Below are positions 35,705 through 44,765 of a DNA stretch of 64,000 nt, piece after piece. Made by a program: the position numbers and the translations under genes. The stretch's first letter is position 1; each line of letters begins with the position of its first letter. Under the pieces are notes generated by a model. The model was given only the letters and a program-made list of their open reading frames with translations. It was not told the DNA's origin and did no database searches. The stretch is from a virus. Where the stretch lies: the IMG/VR virus record IMGVR_UViG_3300045988_109049; one strand, 5' to 3'.

Positions 35705-36307
35705 TTAACTTAATTGAGTAGTCCAATCACTTCTAAGGTCGTCTGTCTGCCCTGCATTCTCAATGTAACTAATCAGCTCAGAGTCTCCCTCTACTTCTCC
35801 TGAAGCTCCTACTTTTTCCTTAAATATGAAATACTTCAACAGTCTCATATACGTGTAGTTCCCATTGAATCCTTCTACATACTTTTTAGTAGCCTGAATT
35901 ATCTGTTCATCTGTATATTCATTACCATACTTTTTAAAGAATAATTTAAGCCTTCTCACAATTAAGGCTAGTCCATCTGCCCAATAATAACTTGTACCTG
36001 CTTTTTTCCCTTTAGGAAATATTGCTTTCATTTGCTGAGCTAAACTAACCAATCTGTCTTGTGGTTCTTGCTCTTTACTAGAATCTAATATTACTGAGTC
36101 TAATACTGTAGAACCTTCATTGGTCAGTTTCCATCCTATAGGTTGTCTGTACTCATCTCTATCTGCTGTAATGAATCCTTTTTCAATAAGGCCGATTTCA
36201 GCTTTCTTTAAGTCAGCCTTATTGAATATGGATAACATTAAGAGAACTTCTCCCAGGCATAAACTATTTTGGGTTATAGCCATTTCATTTAAACATATTG
36301 TAGTCAT
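35705..36307 (-). CDS. hypothetical protein (possible wHTH replication accessory)
   Basis: Sits between the two helicase genes. No secure motif. Confidence 0.55.
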   Translation of the reverse strand: MTTICLNEMAITQNSLCLGEVLLMLSIFNKADLKKAEIGLIEKGFITADRDEYRQPIGWKLTNEGSTVLDSVILDSSKEQEPQDRLVSLAQQMKAIFPKGKKAGTSYYWADGLALIVRRLKLFFKKYGNEYTDEQIIQATKKYVEGFNGNYTYMRLLKYFIFKEKVGASGEVEGDSELISYIENAGQTDDLRSDWTTQLS

Positions 36308-37527
36308 AGTTCCAGGTCCTCCAACTTGTAAATCTTAGTTATATATTTTTTATTTACTCCTTCTAGAACATTCCTAAGATATTCAGTATCTCTGGTATTT
36401 TCATAGTAGAAGATGAACTGGATAGGATCTTCAGCTCTTAAACTTCTACCAAATTTTTGAATAAATGCTCTTTCCTGTCCATCTAGTTGTACAATTATTC
36501 CAACCTCAATATCAGTTAAGTTTTGTCCTTCCTGCAACATTCCGACAGCAAATAGGTTATTTATTCTCTTACGATTAAAATCATCTATTATCTGTAAAGA
36601 ATCAACCCTCTTGGAATGTATGGCATTTTGACCTCCTAATTGCTCAGCTTGTTCTATACTGGTACAAAAACATATAAGTCTTTTGTTACTTACTTTGCAA
36701 AGTAGAGACCTTACGACATCTGTCTTTAATTCCCCCAAGAATCTTTTCCTCTTTGATCCAGTTTGAAGCCATTTGTTCTTGATGAATTCTTGTCTCCTTA
36801 ATAGAAATAGATTCTTCCAATATTCGAATTGATTGGACAAATAATCATATTTCTGTTGCTCACTGCAGTGTATAACTAGGGTTGCATTCGGGTATTTATT
36901 CTTATTTCTTAAATACATCCACCTATCTTGGAATAAACATTCATAGGTGACTCTATCTTCCTTTTTCCCCCACTCCTCTACTATGGTACAGGTGTAATGT
37001 TCCTTATTCAAAGACAATGGAATAAGATATACTTTAGGTTCAGGAAGCATCTTCCACTCTAATGCTTTTTTAAGTGGAATTTTCGAGACTAGAAATTCAC
37101 CGAAAATTCTTGTCAGGGCTTGAATTACAGAATCAGGAAGAGTAGCAGAAAGTAATATTACATTGTCTACAGGCATACTGGATAGAATATCCATCTTTAG
37201 ATCAGTACCCAGATGGTGAGCTTCATCAAAGATAATTAAATCCCAATACGTGTTTCTATATTTAGCTAGAGAGGCATAACACTCTATATTGATATTGTTG
37301 GACTTGAACTTCCATTTGGCTAATTCTACCTCCCAATTCGATTTATGAGCAGTTTCAGCTACCACTAAAAGAACCTTTAATTCTCTCTCCTTTTTTCTGC
37401 TCTGTAAATAATTAGCCATTTCTATAGCTACTCTGGACTTCCCCAAGCCAGTAGCCCATAGTAGGGCTACTCTTGGGTTCCTCCTAATTAATCTTATTGC
37501 ATCTTGCTGTAAATCTTCTCTATTCAT
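36304..37527 (-). CDS. SF2 (SNF2/DEAH-type) helicase
   Basis: Motif I ATGLGKS, motif II IIFDEAHHL, motif III LLSATL, motif VI QKFGRSLR. Confidence 0.8.
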   Translation of the reverse strand: MNREDLQQDAIRLIRRNPRVALLWATGLGKSRVAIEMANYLQSRKKERELKVLLVVAETAHKSNWEVELAKWKFKSNNINIECYASLAKYRNTYWDLIIFDEAHHLGTDLKMDILSSMPVDNVILLSATLPDSVIQALTRIFGEFLVSKIPLKKALEWKMLPEPKVYLIPLSLNKEHYTCTIVEEWGKKEDRVTYECLFQDRWMYLRNKNKYPNATLVIHCSEQQKYDYLSNQFEYWKNLFLLRRQEFIKNKWLQTGSKRKRFLGELKTDVVRSLLCKVSNKRLICFCTSIEQAEQLGGQNAIHSKRVDSLQIIDDFNRKRINNLFAVGMLQEGQNLTDIEVGIIVQLDGQERAFIQKFGRSLRAEDPIQFIFYYENTRDTEYLRNVLEGVNKKYITKIYKLEDLEL

Positions 37528-37889
37528 GTTAATTCTTTATTAAGAAACTCCGATATAGATCTTATCATCTTTGCAAGTCTAGGACTATTCTCTTTAATCT
37601 CCACTACCCATATCGTGCACTCATGAGGATCATCCGGGTAACTCGCTTTGACTGCTATTTGTGTTATTAGAATTATGAACCATGCTATATTAAACCACGG
37701 AACTAATAATAAGAGCCACATTATGATACGCAAAGGAGTAAGAGGGAGCCTTCTACTGGAATCCCTATCTAATCCCCAATGCTGAGAATAATAGCTAGGA
37801 CCTGAAGATGTTTGTGTATAATCATATACGGTAATATTCTTCCATATGAAGCCTATTACCATCATAGCCAGCACTATAAAAATAATCAT
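37524..37889 (-). CDS. membrane protein (2-3 TM helices)
   Basis: Hydrophobic segments MIIFIVLAMMVIGFIW and IIMWLLLLVPWFNIAWFIILI. Confidence 0.6.
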   Translation of the reverse strand: MIIFIVLAMMVIGFIWKNITVYDYTQTSSGPSYYSQHWGLDRDSSRRLPLTPLRIIMWLLLLVPWFNIAWFIILITQIAVKASYPDDPHECTIWVVEIKENSPRLAKMIRSISEFLNKELT

Positions 37890-37890
37890 A

Positions 37891-38694
37891 TTATTTACTT
37901 ATTTTACTTATATCTAAAAATACTCCGCTGTTTCCATTAGAAGTTACTGTAGGTACAGTACCATTCCACTTTTCAATCCACATTTGTTGTAATATTTGAG
38001 GAGTTAAAGATTTGGTTCTTAGAATATTGGCTTCATACTCAGCTTGTGCTGCTATTACTTTCTTTTGAGCCTCAGCTTTGACAATAGCCAATTCATTTTC
38101 CGCTTTTTGGCTCTTTTGTACAGCCTCATTTTTACTATTTATGGCTTCTATCAGAATTTTAGGATATTGTAACCCTGATGTAAGCTGCTCAAGTTGAAAA
38201 TTTTCTTCTAATAATTCCTTAGATAGTTTATCCTCTATAGCTTTTTCAAATTCTTCTCTTTTACTAACTAGTTCATCAGTAGTATAAGCATTTAATTGTA
38301 TTCTAAAAGCATTTCTCACATAATTATATAGGGTAGTATTAATAACCTCTGTAATATTTACCTTTCTATATTTCTTAAATACTTCAGCTGACTTACCGTC
38401 GACTATCTTAAGGGAAATGGTAGGATCTACTACAAAAGAACTGCCATCTTTAGCATTAACGCTAAATGGAGGATAATCCACAGTTTGAACGAATGTAGGA
38501 TACTCATAAATAGCAGTTGTTATAGGATTATACCATACCATTCCAGTTACTAATGTAACCTTATCAACCCCTTTGTCGTCTCCATAAAGATTGACTTTGA
38601 TACCTTCATAACCTGCATCTACTCTCTCAGCACAACTAGATACGGAAAGTATTAGTAATGCAACTAGTAATCCAAAAATAAATTTACTTTTCAT
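37891..38694 (-). CDS. SPFH/band-7 (prohibitin/flotillin-like) lipoprotein
   Basis: Signal peptide plus lipobox LSVSSC. SPFH-like core, then a long Ala/Glu/Gln-rich helix (AENELAIVKAEAQKKVIAAQAEYEA). Confidence 0.6.
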   Translation of the reverse strand: MKSKFIFGLLVALLILSVSSCAERVDAGYEGIKVNLYGDDKGVDKVTLVTGMVWYNPITTAIYEYPTFVQTVDYPPFSVNAKDGSSFVVDPTISLKIVDGKSAEVFKKYRKVNITEVINTTLYNYVRNAFRIQLNAYTTDELVSKREEFEKAIEDKLSKELLEENFQLEQLTSGLQYPKILIEAINSKNEAVQKSQKAENELAIVKAEAQKKVIAAQAEYEANILRTKSLTPQILQQMWIEKWNGTVPTVTSNGNSGVFLDISKISK

Positions 38695-38887
38695 CTTTTT
38701 TACTTTTTAATTTTATTATTGTTAAACATTTGGTTTTGATTGAAATAATCGATAGGAATATGATAATAAAGAATCCAATTATATTCTCTACTGTATTAGA
38801 TGTGGACATCATTACTAATCCTATATTAAGTATAGTAACAAATAGGATAAGCCACACTGCTAACTTAATTATTGTACTTGTTCTCAT
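38684..38887 (-). CDS. small membrane protein (2 TM)
   Basis: Two hydrophobic helices. Overlaps the SPFH gene start. Confidence 0.55.
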   Translation of the reverse strand: MRTSTIIKLAVWLILFVTILNIGLVMMSTSNTVENIIGFFIIIFLSIISIKTKCLTIIKLKSKKDEK

Positions 38888-38914
38888 TTTTGAATAGTAT
38901 TATCAAGAGTAGAA

Positions 38915-39454
38915 TTACCAAACAGTCTGTATTCTTTCTCTTAGCTGTTTATTATTACAGCATATATAGTTAAAGAGCTTACTAATGGTTTTATATGTAT
39001 CATAAATACCACATAAATCCCCTCCCTTTTCATCTAGTTCGTTTGATACACACAGCATATCCAATTTGTTCTTTGGAGCTTCCATAGTATTCAACACTTG
39101 ATTAGTTAATTCGATTACAGTATTTCCTGAAGATATAAAATCATCTACCATTATGACAGGAGAATTAGTCGGAATACAAAGAGATCGTCCCTCATGATGA
39201 CTTCTTGGAAATCCATATACCACAACATCTCTTCCCATTTCTACCAGTTTGGTAGCTATTCCACCTAACAATATATTTCCAGATCTATTAGTTCCGACTA
39301 AATATAATGTTCCTATCTTCTTATCATATGCTTTCAAAATGTTCTGAACTACACTATGTATATAATCAACGTTCAACATAAAGTATTCCCCAGTAGGGTA
39401 AGTGCAATCTACATATTTGTCATAGTATAGTAACTTTGCATTAGTTGTTTTCAT
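38915..39454 (-). CDS. type I phosphoribosyltransferase
   Basis: PRPP-binding loop VIMVDDFISSGNT. Confidence 0.7.
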   Translation of the reverse strand: MKTTNAKLLYYDKYVDCTYPTGEYFMLNVDYIHSVVQNILKAYDKKIGTLYLVGTNRSGNILLGGIATKLVEMGRDVVVYGFPRSHHEGRSLCIPTNSPVIMVDDFISSGNTVIELTNQVLNTMEAPKNKLDMLCVSNELDEKGGDLCGIYDTYKTISKLFNYICCNNKQLRERIQTVW

Positions 39455-39472
39455 TATTATTTGTTCTAAGGT

Positions 39473-39508
39473 AAAAAAAAAAGCAAGGTAAGTACCTCCT
39501 TACCTTGC
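39473..39508 (-). terminator. Intrinsic terminator
   Basis: Minus strand GCAAGGUAAG-loop-CUUACCUUGC followed by U10. Lies downstream of the gene ending at 39525. Confidence 0.8.
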
Positions 39509-39524
39509 TTTATTCCATTATTGG

Positions 39525-39947
39525 TTAATCCTCAAATATAACATAAGAATCAACTATGCCTCCAAGAGATTTGGCCAGCTCATTGACATTGAACTCTACT
39601 CTAACTTTCACCGGGAGGCTCAACCAATATGATTTTCTGTTCCAATATTTTTTTGGAACATCATTAACCATTCCCTCATAAGCATCCCTGCTTATATTTA
39701 TAATCTGCTTGGCAGGCTTGAACTTTCTGGTAGTGTAATGTATTACCTCCGGCTTTTCCTTTTTCTTTCCATCTACTCTTATAGTATGGACGATTACCTT
39801 CTCCGGATCTTCTGCAGTTTCCTTCTTAAATATCTTCTTTCCATTTTTTAATACTTTTACTTTACGAGTTGTTTTAAGGCACTCCTCCTTGCTAAACATT
39901 GTTCTTCCTGGAAGAATAATGGTTAGACTTAACTTAGTTTCCATCAT
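39525..39947 (-). CDS. hypothetical basic protein
   Basis: Clean ORF followed by a strong terminator. Confidence 0.65.
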   Translation of the reverse strand: MMETKLSLTIILPGRTMFSKEECLKTTRKVKVLKNGKKIFKKETAEDPEKVIVHTIRVDGKKKEKPEVIHYTTRKFKPAKQIINISRDAYEGMVNDVPKKYWNRKSYWLSLPVKVRVEFNVNELAKSLGGIVDSYVIFED

Positions 39948-39949
39948 AT

Positions 39950-40195
39950 TTAGTCGATAATTAGGGTATCTTTATAAATATTGTCTCCACATTCATCACA
40001 ATGCGCTATTAATTCTGATTCTCCCATTATTTCTACTGCTTGAATTAGTAAAGTTCTTAATAACTCCTCATTATCTATCTTCTCTATGACCTTTAGAGCT
40101 TTCTCTTTAAATTCTTTGGGATCTAAATCTATAGTCTCAACTCCATCTATTGTTAAAGAATGAGCCATGCATCCAGATGTATATTCTATTTTCAT
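39950..40195 (-). CDS. hypothetical protein
   Basis: Co-oriented ORF. Confidence 0.55.
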   Translation of the reverse strand: MKIEYTSGCMAHSLTIDGVETIDLDPKEFKEKALKVIEKIDNEELLRTLLIQAVEIMGESELIAHCDECGDNIYKDTLIID

Positions 40196-40251
40196 GTCAT
40201 TTAGTTAAATTTTCTGTTAATATCTATCCTCATTTCCATATTTGTTTTTTT

Positions 40252-40611
40252 TTATTTCAATTCAACAGGTTCATCTTCCCATGTAAGATCCCTACCTATA
40301 AGTTTCTTAATAGAGCCTTTTGGGAGAACAACTAAGTAATCTAATTTGTTACCATCAGAATCAAATTCAAAATTATCCCAGAATGAAAGAACTTCTATAG
40401 CTTTTCCCCTATCCATTTTGAATGGACTATTGTAAGTTGCTCTACTATACCTTTTACCATCTCCATCGACTATACAACTTATCCCATTAGAAGCGCACTT
40501 ATCACATAAAACAGGATCACATTTTTTGTATCTCTTATAATATCCACTTCTGTATAAAGAATAATCTGATATTATTTCCGTACCATCCTTATTAACCGCC
40601 AGATATGCCAT
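40252..40611 (-). CDS. hypothetical protein
   Basis: Co-oriented ORF with an ATG start. A stop lies 7 codons upstream in frame, so it is not an exon continuation. Confidence 0.6.
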   Translation of the reverse strand: MAYLAVNKDGTEIISDYSLYRSGYYKRYKKCDPVLCDKCASNGISCIVDGDGKRYSRATYNSPFKMDRGKAIEVLSFWDNFEFDSDGNKLDYLVVLPKGSIKKLIGRDLTWEDEPVELK

Positions 40612-40764
40612 ACTGTATAATTTATTTCTTTAATATTACAAATAATTTTACTCTTACTTATAGTTCACAAATTTGTGGAGCATGAGGGATTCGCGAAGTT
40701 AGTAATTTCTTTAATATTCCAAAATAATTTCTATTATACTGTTATCTATGTGCTTGATTATTCT

Positions 40765-40772
40765 TAACTTTG
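40765..40772 (+). promoter_or_regulatory. Candidate -7 element TAACTTTG upstream of the plus-strand HNH gene
   Basis: Read directly. It lies 16 nt upstream of the ATG at 40788. No good -33 element. Confidence 0.4.
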
Positions 40773-40787
40773 TACAAAACTTAAAAT

Positions 40788-41348
40788 ATGGAGTTATACA
40801 AACAGAAAAGAAAACTAGTAACTGTCACTTGTGATTACTGTAGAGAGAGTTTCTCTAAACCAGAATCAGAGTATAAAAGAAATATTAAATTAGGCAGACA
40901 TAACTTTTGTTCAAGGTCTTGTTGCGGTAAATACATTGCATCTCTCAACAAGCCTCTTACTCAAGCTCAAATAGGGTCTAGAAACTCTATAAGAAACTAT
41001 AGTAGTAATAGAAATGATGAGTACACACCATTTAGAGAAATTCTAAGAACCGTAAGAAACAGGTGTAAAGAATTTAATCTAGATTTACCTTATCTTGTGG
41101 AACTTTGGAACTCACAAAATGGTATTTGTCCTTATACAAGACTTAAACTTGTTTTACCTACTTGGAATACTAATCCTGACATAAGATATAGAGCTTCACT
41201 TGACAGAATAGATTCTTCTAAAGGATATATTAAAGGTAACGTGCAATTTGTTGCGACTCCTATCAATTATCTTAAAGGAACTATGTCAGATGAGACTACT
41301 AAAGCTTATCTCAGAGAAATTGCCGCTTCTATTTTCATAGAAGATTAG
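40788..41348 (+). CDS. HNH endonuclease (free-standing or antisense-intronic)
   Basis: SLDRIDSSKGYIKGNVQFVATPINYLKG is an HNH-type core. N-terminal Cys pairs CDYC..CSRSCC. It is the only plus-strand gene inside the minus-strand module. Confidence 0.7.
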   Translation: MELYKQKRKLVTVTCDYCRESFSKPESEYKRNIKLGRHNFCSRSCCGKYIASLNKPLTQAQIGSRNSIRNYSSNRNDEYTPFREILRTVRNRCKEFNLDLPYLVELWNSQNGICPYTRLKLVLPTWNTNPDIRYRASLDRIDSSKGYIKGNVQFVATPINYLKGTMSDETTKAYLREIAASIFIED

Positions 41349-41900
41349 ACTATATCATCACCTCAATAATTTGAGGGTAGGACGCTCAAGCTGGTAATTA
41401 AGGAGACTGTACTCCTCCAGTAGTCGTTGCACTTTCATTAGGTGTACCTAATGCTTAGCTCAGGATTGGCATGATAAAAGCTAGTTCTGAGCTTTTATTT
41501 TAGCGTTCCCTGAGTTCATCCTATTTTGTAAATACTATCACTAGTAAGCGGGTCCGAACTTAAACCCTCGTCTTACTAACTTTTAATAAAAGAATTTCAC
41601 ATGTTTACCACTTTGATATGTAGTAGGTTCTCTACTGGGGTCAACCGATAGTTGACAGATCCACCACTCTATTTAATCTAATAGAGAAATCTTCATAAGG
41701 AGTTATAAGAATTAAAATTGAAGGGTCACACCCTCTGCATACACCAGGCAGCTTGCTCCTAACTAATAAACAAACTATATATAATATTAAAGGTGTATTG
41801 AAAGTAGGTATAGCCTTATTAACTTCCTTCTTGACCCTATTATTCACCTTTCTGTTTCCAAGCAGGTGAGGCTCAGCCTACAAGTTAGGCGGCAGCTCTA
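41326..41900 (-). ncRNA. Group I intron-like ribozyme core with no recognisable flanking exons
   Basis: Minus strand: P AACUCAGGGAACGC (P4 5' strand 41514-41509), Q CAAUCCUGAGC (41468-41458), R GUGCAACGACUACUGG (41432-41417), S GAUGAUAUAGUCU (41359-41347), then P9-like CUUCUAU-GAAA-AUAGAAG (41343-41326). Many further hairpins up to about 41900. The 5' extent is uncertain. Confidence 0.7.
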
Positions 41901-42419
41901 TAAGTGTTGCCAGTTAAAGTTTTGATGTCTTTCCATCAGTCTTTACATGTTCTCTTACCAAATAATTAGCAATCAAAACCAAATCATGCCCCATATTATA
42001 GTGGAAGAAGTTGTTAATACTGATTTTTTTTTGCTGTATGTAACATCTTCTTCCACCTATAGTCAATCTCTTTTCATTTTTCTTACTTTCTTTCCAGATT
42101 TCATTTTCTCTGTCTTTTTCACCTGGAGTTCTTCATTACTGTAATCATTAATATTTATTCTTTTCATTTTTCTATTTCGTCTTACTGAAAAATAACTTGA
42201 ATATTGTTTTCCAAATACCGGATCTTTGTTTCTCAGGCTGTTGAGTGTTCTCCATTGCAGTCTTTCTGTTATAGTTTACACTCTTCTTCCCTACTGTGAT
42301 AAAGACAGTATTTGTCTTGTCATTTGAGTCTTTCCTAGATAGGGCTGTCTTCTTCCTTAGTAAATCTTCTTTTAGTTGTCATTTTCTTTAGAATTGGTTA
42401 AAAATATAAATAGTTATAG

Positions 42420-42491
42420 TGGCTCCTCCCAGATTCGAACTGGGATTAGAGGCTTAGAAGGCCACTGTTCTTTCCATTGAACTAAGGAGTC
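42420..42491 (-). tRNA. tRNA-Arg (anticodon UCU)
   Basis: Hand-folded cloverleaf: acceptor GACUCCU/AGGAGCC (one A-C mismatch), D stem GUUC/GAAC, anticodon loop CUUCUAA, T arm CCCAG-UUCGAAU-CUGGG. Confidence 0.7.
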
Positions 42492-42646
42492 TTTTAAAAA
42501 TGATAGTCTATTCCTATCAGTCAAATAAACAAAAATCTTTATTGAATCTGAGAAAGGTATAAGTGTTTTGCTATACGTATAATTGCTATTGAACCTATAT
42601 TACTCCTATCTTTCATGGGCTTTTTGTATTATTATGATTTCCTGCG

Positions 42647-42718
42647 CACTCCTAATAGGAATCGAACCTATATCTACTCTCTAGAAGAGAATTGTTCTAT
42701 ACATTGAACTATAAGAGT
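42647..42718 (-). tRNA. tRNA-Arg (anticodon UCU), second copy with a different body
   Basis: Acceptor ACUCUUA/UAGGAGU, D stem GUUC/GAAC, anticodon stem AUUCU/AGAGU, loop CUUCUAG, T arm AUAGG-UUCGAUU-CCUAU. Confidence 0.7.
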
Positions 42719-42753
42719 GTATATTGCCTATCTTCGCAGATTAGCAATTCGTT

Positions 42754-43485
42754 TTAAAATAAATTAAGTACTTCTTTCCCTAGAATTTTAATTGCTTTTT
42801 CTGCATCCTCAGGATTCTTAAAGTAGATAATACCTGCATGTTGTGTTCCCTCATGTTCAAATACTTCGATCTCCCCATCTTTATAGAGTTTCCCTATAAA
42901 GTATCCAGCATTTTCTGTAGTTTTTTCCCAAGTTTTATTGAAGTACTCAGCAATGAACTTTAAATGTGCTAATGTTTGTTGTTTTGTTACTTCTTTTGCT
43001 GTAAGTGGAAAAATCTTTCTTCGACCTATAATAGCCGTCATGATATATTCAAGATCTATATTTAATTCACTTTCCTTGAAAGTACTCAATGCTAGTGTTC
43101 TTAGTGCTAAATTATCACTGTTGTACCATTCTCTTGCTTGTTCTAATGTTACTTTTATTGTTCTAGATTCTTCCGTGATTGCTTCTCGTTTATTTAAGTT
43201 GTGATATGTTTCTGGTATGCTACCATTTATTAATCCTATTGGTTGATTAATACATTTTCCGTTTATTCTGGTGATATAGATATCCTTAAGAACCAAACCT
43301 TTCTGTCTCCTTTTTGTACTTGGATCAAATCCTACTACCATCATTTGAGGGCAATATCTAGGATCTTCGATCATATCATATTGTTTAACTAAGTCATAGT
43401 TACATAAAAATTTGTACTTTTTATAGTTAGGGATTTCACTAACTGGTACTTTATGATCTGTAAATATTACTATTATTGTTCTCAT
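42754..43485 (-). CDS. hypothetical protein
   Basis: Clean 243-aa ORF. Confidence 0.65.
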   Translation of the reverse strand: MRTIIVIFTDHKVPVSEIPNYKKYKFLCNYDLVKQYDMIEDPRYCPQMMVVGFDPSTKRRQKGLVLKDIYITRINGKCINQPIGLINGSIPETYHNLNKREAITEESRTIKVTLEQAREWYNSDNLALRTLALSTFKESELNIDLEYIMTAIIGRRKIFPLTAKEVTKQQTLAHLKFIAEYFNKTWEKTTENAGYFIGKLYKDGEIEVFEHEGTQHAGIIYFKNPEDAEKAIKILGKEVLNLF

Positions 43486-43498
43486 GTTATCTTTTTTT

Positions 43499-43711
43499 TT
43501 ATTTGTTTAACCATTTATCTAGAGTTAATTTTTTCAATTCTTCTTTAGAAATAGTCTTGTAACAGATATAACACATGGATATTATTATAGTTATGAAGTG
43601 TAGGAAGTACCCATTGTCATATATGCTATCTACTCCTGCTAAGAAGAAAAAAGACAAAAGGAATGTTACATATAGCAACACTCCTTTTATAATCAGTTTT
43701 ATGACTCTCAT
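43499..43711 (-). CDS. small membrane protein (2 TM)
   Basis: Hydrophobic helices GVLLYVTFLLSFFFLAGV and FLHFITIIISMCYICY. Confidence 0.55.
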   Translation of the reverse strand: MRVIKLIIKGVLLYVTFLLSFFFLAGVDSIYDNGYFLHFITIIISMCYICYKTISKEELKKLTLDKWLNK

Positions 43712-43811
43712 CTTACTTACTTTTTTGAACTATTATCTTGTGCTGTAAGATATATAAAGAATGCTCCTGTTAATAACAAGCATAAGATTGTGTAATAAGG
43801 TTCTTCCATGG

Positions 43812-44042
43812 TTATTTCCATATTATAGTTACTGTGTTTTGTATTAAATGTGCTTCTTGTTCTGTTATTGGAATTAACTTATCAAAACATTTAATATAGG
43901 CACATTTTATTTCTGTATAACTCTCAATTACCTTTATATTTTTGGTGTGATGTTCTGAAAGATAATTTTTATATATCTCTCTTGAGAGTATGTAATTATC
44001 TGAACTACATATTCTCGACTTTCTAAATTTGGTTCTTGACAT
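43812..44042 (-). CDS. hypothetical protein
   Basis: Co-oriented ORF. Confidence 0.5.
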   Translation of the reverse strand: MSRTKFRKSRICSSDNYILSREIYKNYLSEHHTKNIKVIESYTEIKCAYIKCFDKLIPITEQEAHLIQNTVTIIWK

Positions 44043-44235
44043 AGTTTTAATTGTTTGTTAGTCTGTTATTTGCATTTTACACCTAAAACTTATTGCAACA
44101 AGTATACTCATTATCTCTCGATTTATATAAATCTGCAAGCAACATTGTCATTATCTCTCATAAGAAACTGGTGTCCTCAATGACTTGGAAAGTTATTAAG
44201 TTTTTAATTAATCCCTATAAGGGATAATTTATATA

Positions 44236-44556
44236 TTAATCATCATAAGGTCTGACAAAAGTATATACATATATATTAAGTTCTTCATTATATGAGAGCT
44301 TATAGTATACATGAAGAGCATTTAACATGGAGGGTTCTTTATCATTTTTCAGTTGATATAAACCTTCATTCCATATTGCCTCTTTCTCATAACCAAGTTC
44401 ACTCTCCATAATAGAAGCAATGGCTTTTCTTACATGAGGATAATTCTCATCGTTTGTCTTTATATGATATACTTTGTGTTGAGTATAGTCATTATTAGAC
44501 AATTGTGGCTGATACTTTATCTGATAAAGTATACCATTATAGAAGTGTTTGGACAT
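44236..44556 (-). CDS. hypothetical protein
   Basis: Co-oriented ORF. Confidence 0.55.
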   Translation of the reverse strand: MSKHFYNGILYQIKYQPQLSNNDYTQHKVYHIKTNDENYPHVRKAIASIMESELGYEKEAIWNEGLYQLKNDKEPSMLNALHVYYKLSYNEELNIYVYTFVRPYDD

Positions 44557-44660
44557 TTTTAGGAGATTTGATTCTATAATGTGTTCAGTAAATTTAGTTA
44601 TATTTTACAGATAATACTTAAGAGAGTATAATCTGCTAATCATTCTTATTTTGTACTAGA

Positions 44661-44725
44661 CTTTAATAGTTCAAACCTGTTAGTATAAATTACTATTAAT
44701 ACTAAAAGGATTGAAACTATTAAAG
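44661..44725. repeat. Inverted repeat of about 14 bp (ctttaatagttcaa / ttgaaactattaaag) with a 36-nt spacer
   Basis: Read directly. One-nt bulge. Lies between the terminator at 44737-44761 and the start at 44556. Confidence 0.7.
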
Positions 44726-44736
44726 CTTAGAGGAAT

Positions 44737-44761
44737 AAAAAAAAAGGGTACATAGTACCCT
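44737..44761 (-). terminator. Intrinsic terminator after the 86-aa gene
   Basis: Minus strand GGGUAC-UAU-GUACCC followed by U9. Confidence 0.7.
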
Positions 44762-44765
44762 TTCT

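Noticed and set aside
40640-40700. tRNA-like string gagggattcgcgaag / ..gctcca on the minus strand, considered as a possible 3' tRNA half for the orphan intron.
   Set aside because: No complementary T stem or acceptor stem could be formed. It is only a superficial resemblance to a T loop.
41641-42144. Track ORFs 41641-41847 (-) and 41947-42144 (+).
   Set aside because: The first lies within the hairpin-rich ribozyme region. The second is antisense to a purine-rich non-coding stretch. Both are low-complexity.
42647-42718. Possible amber-suppressor tRNA (the loop contains CUAG) and stop-codon reassignment, as known for some crAss-like phages.
   Set aside because: With standard spacing (one nt after the D stem, 5-bp stem, 7-nt loop) the anticodon is UCU, not CUA. 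All large genes in both modules are uninterrupted in the standard code.
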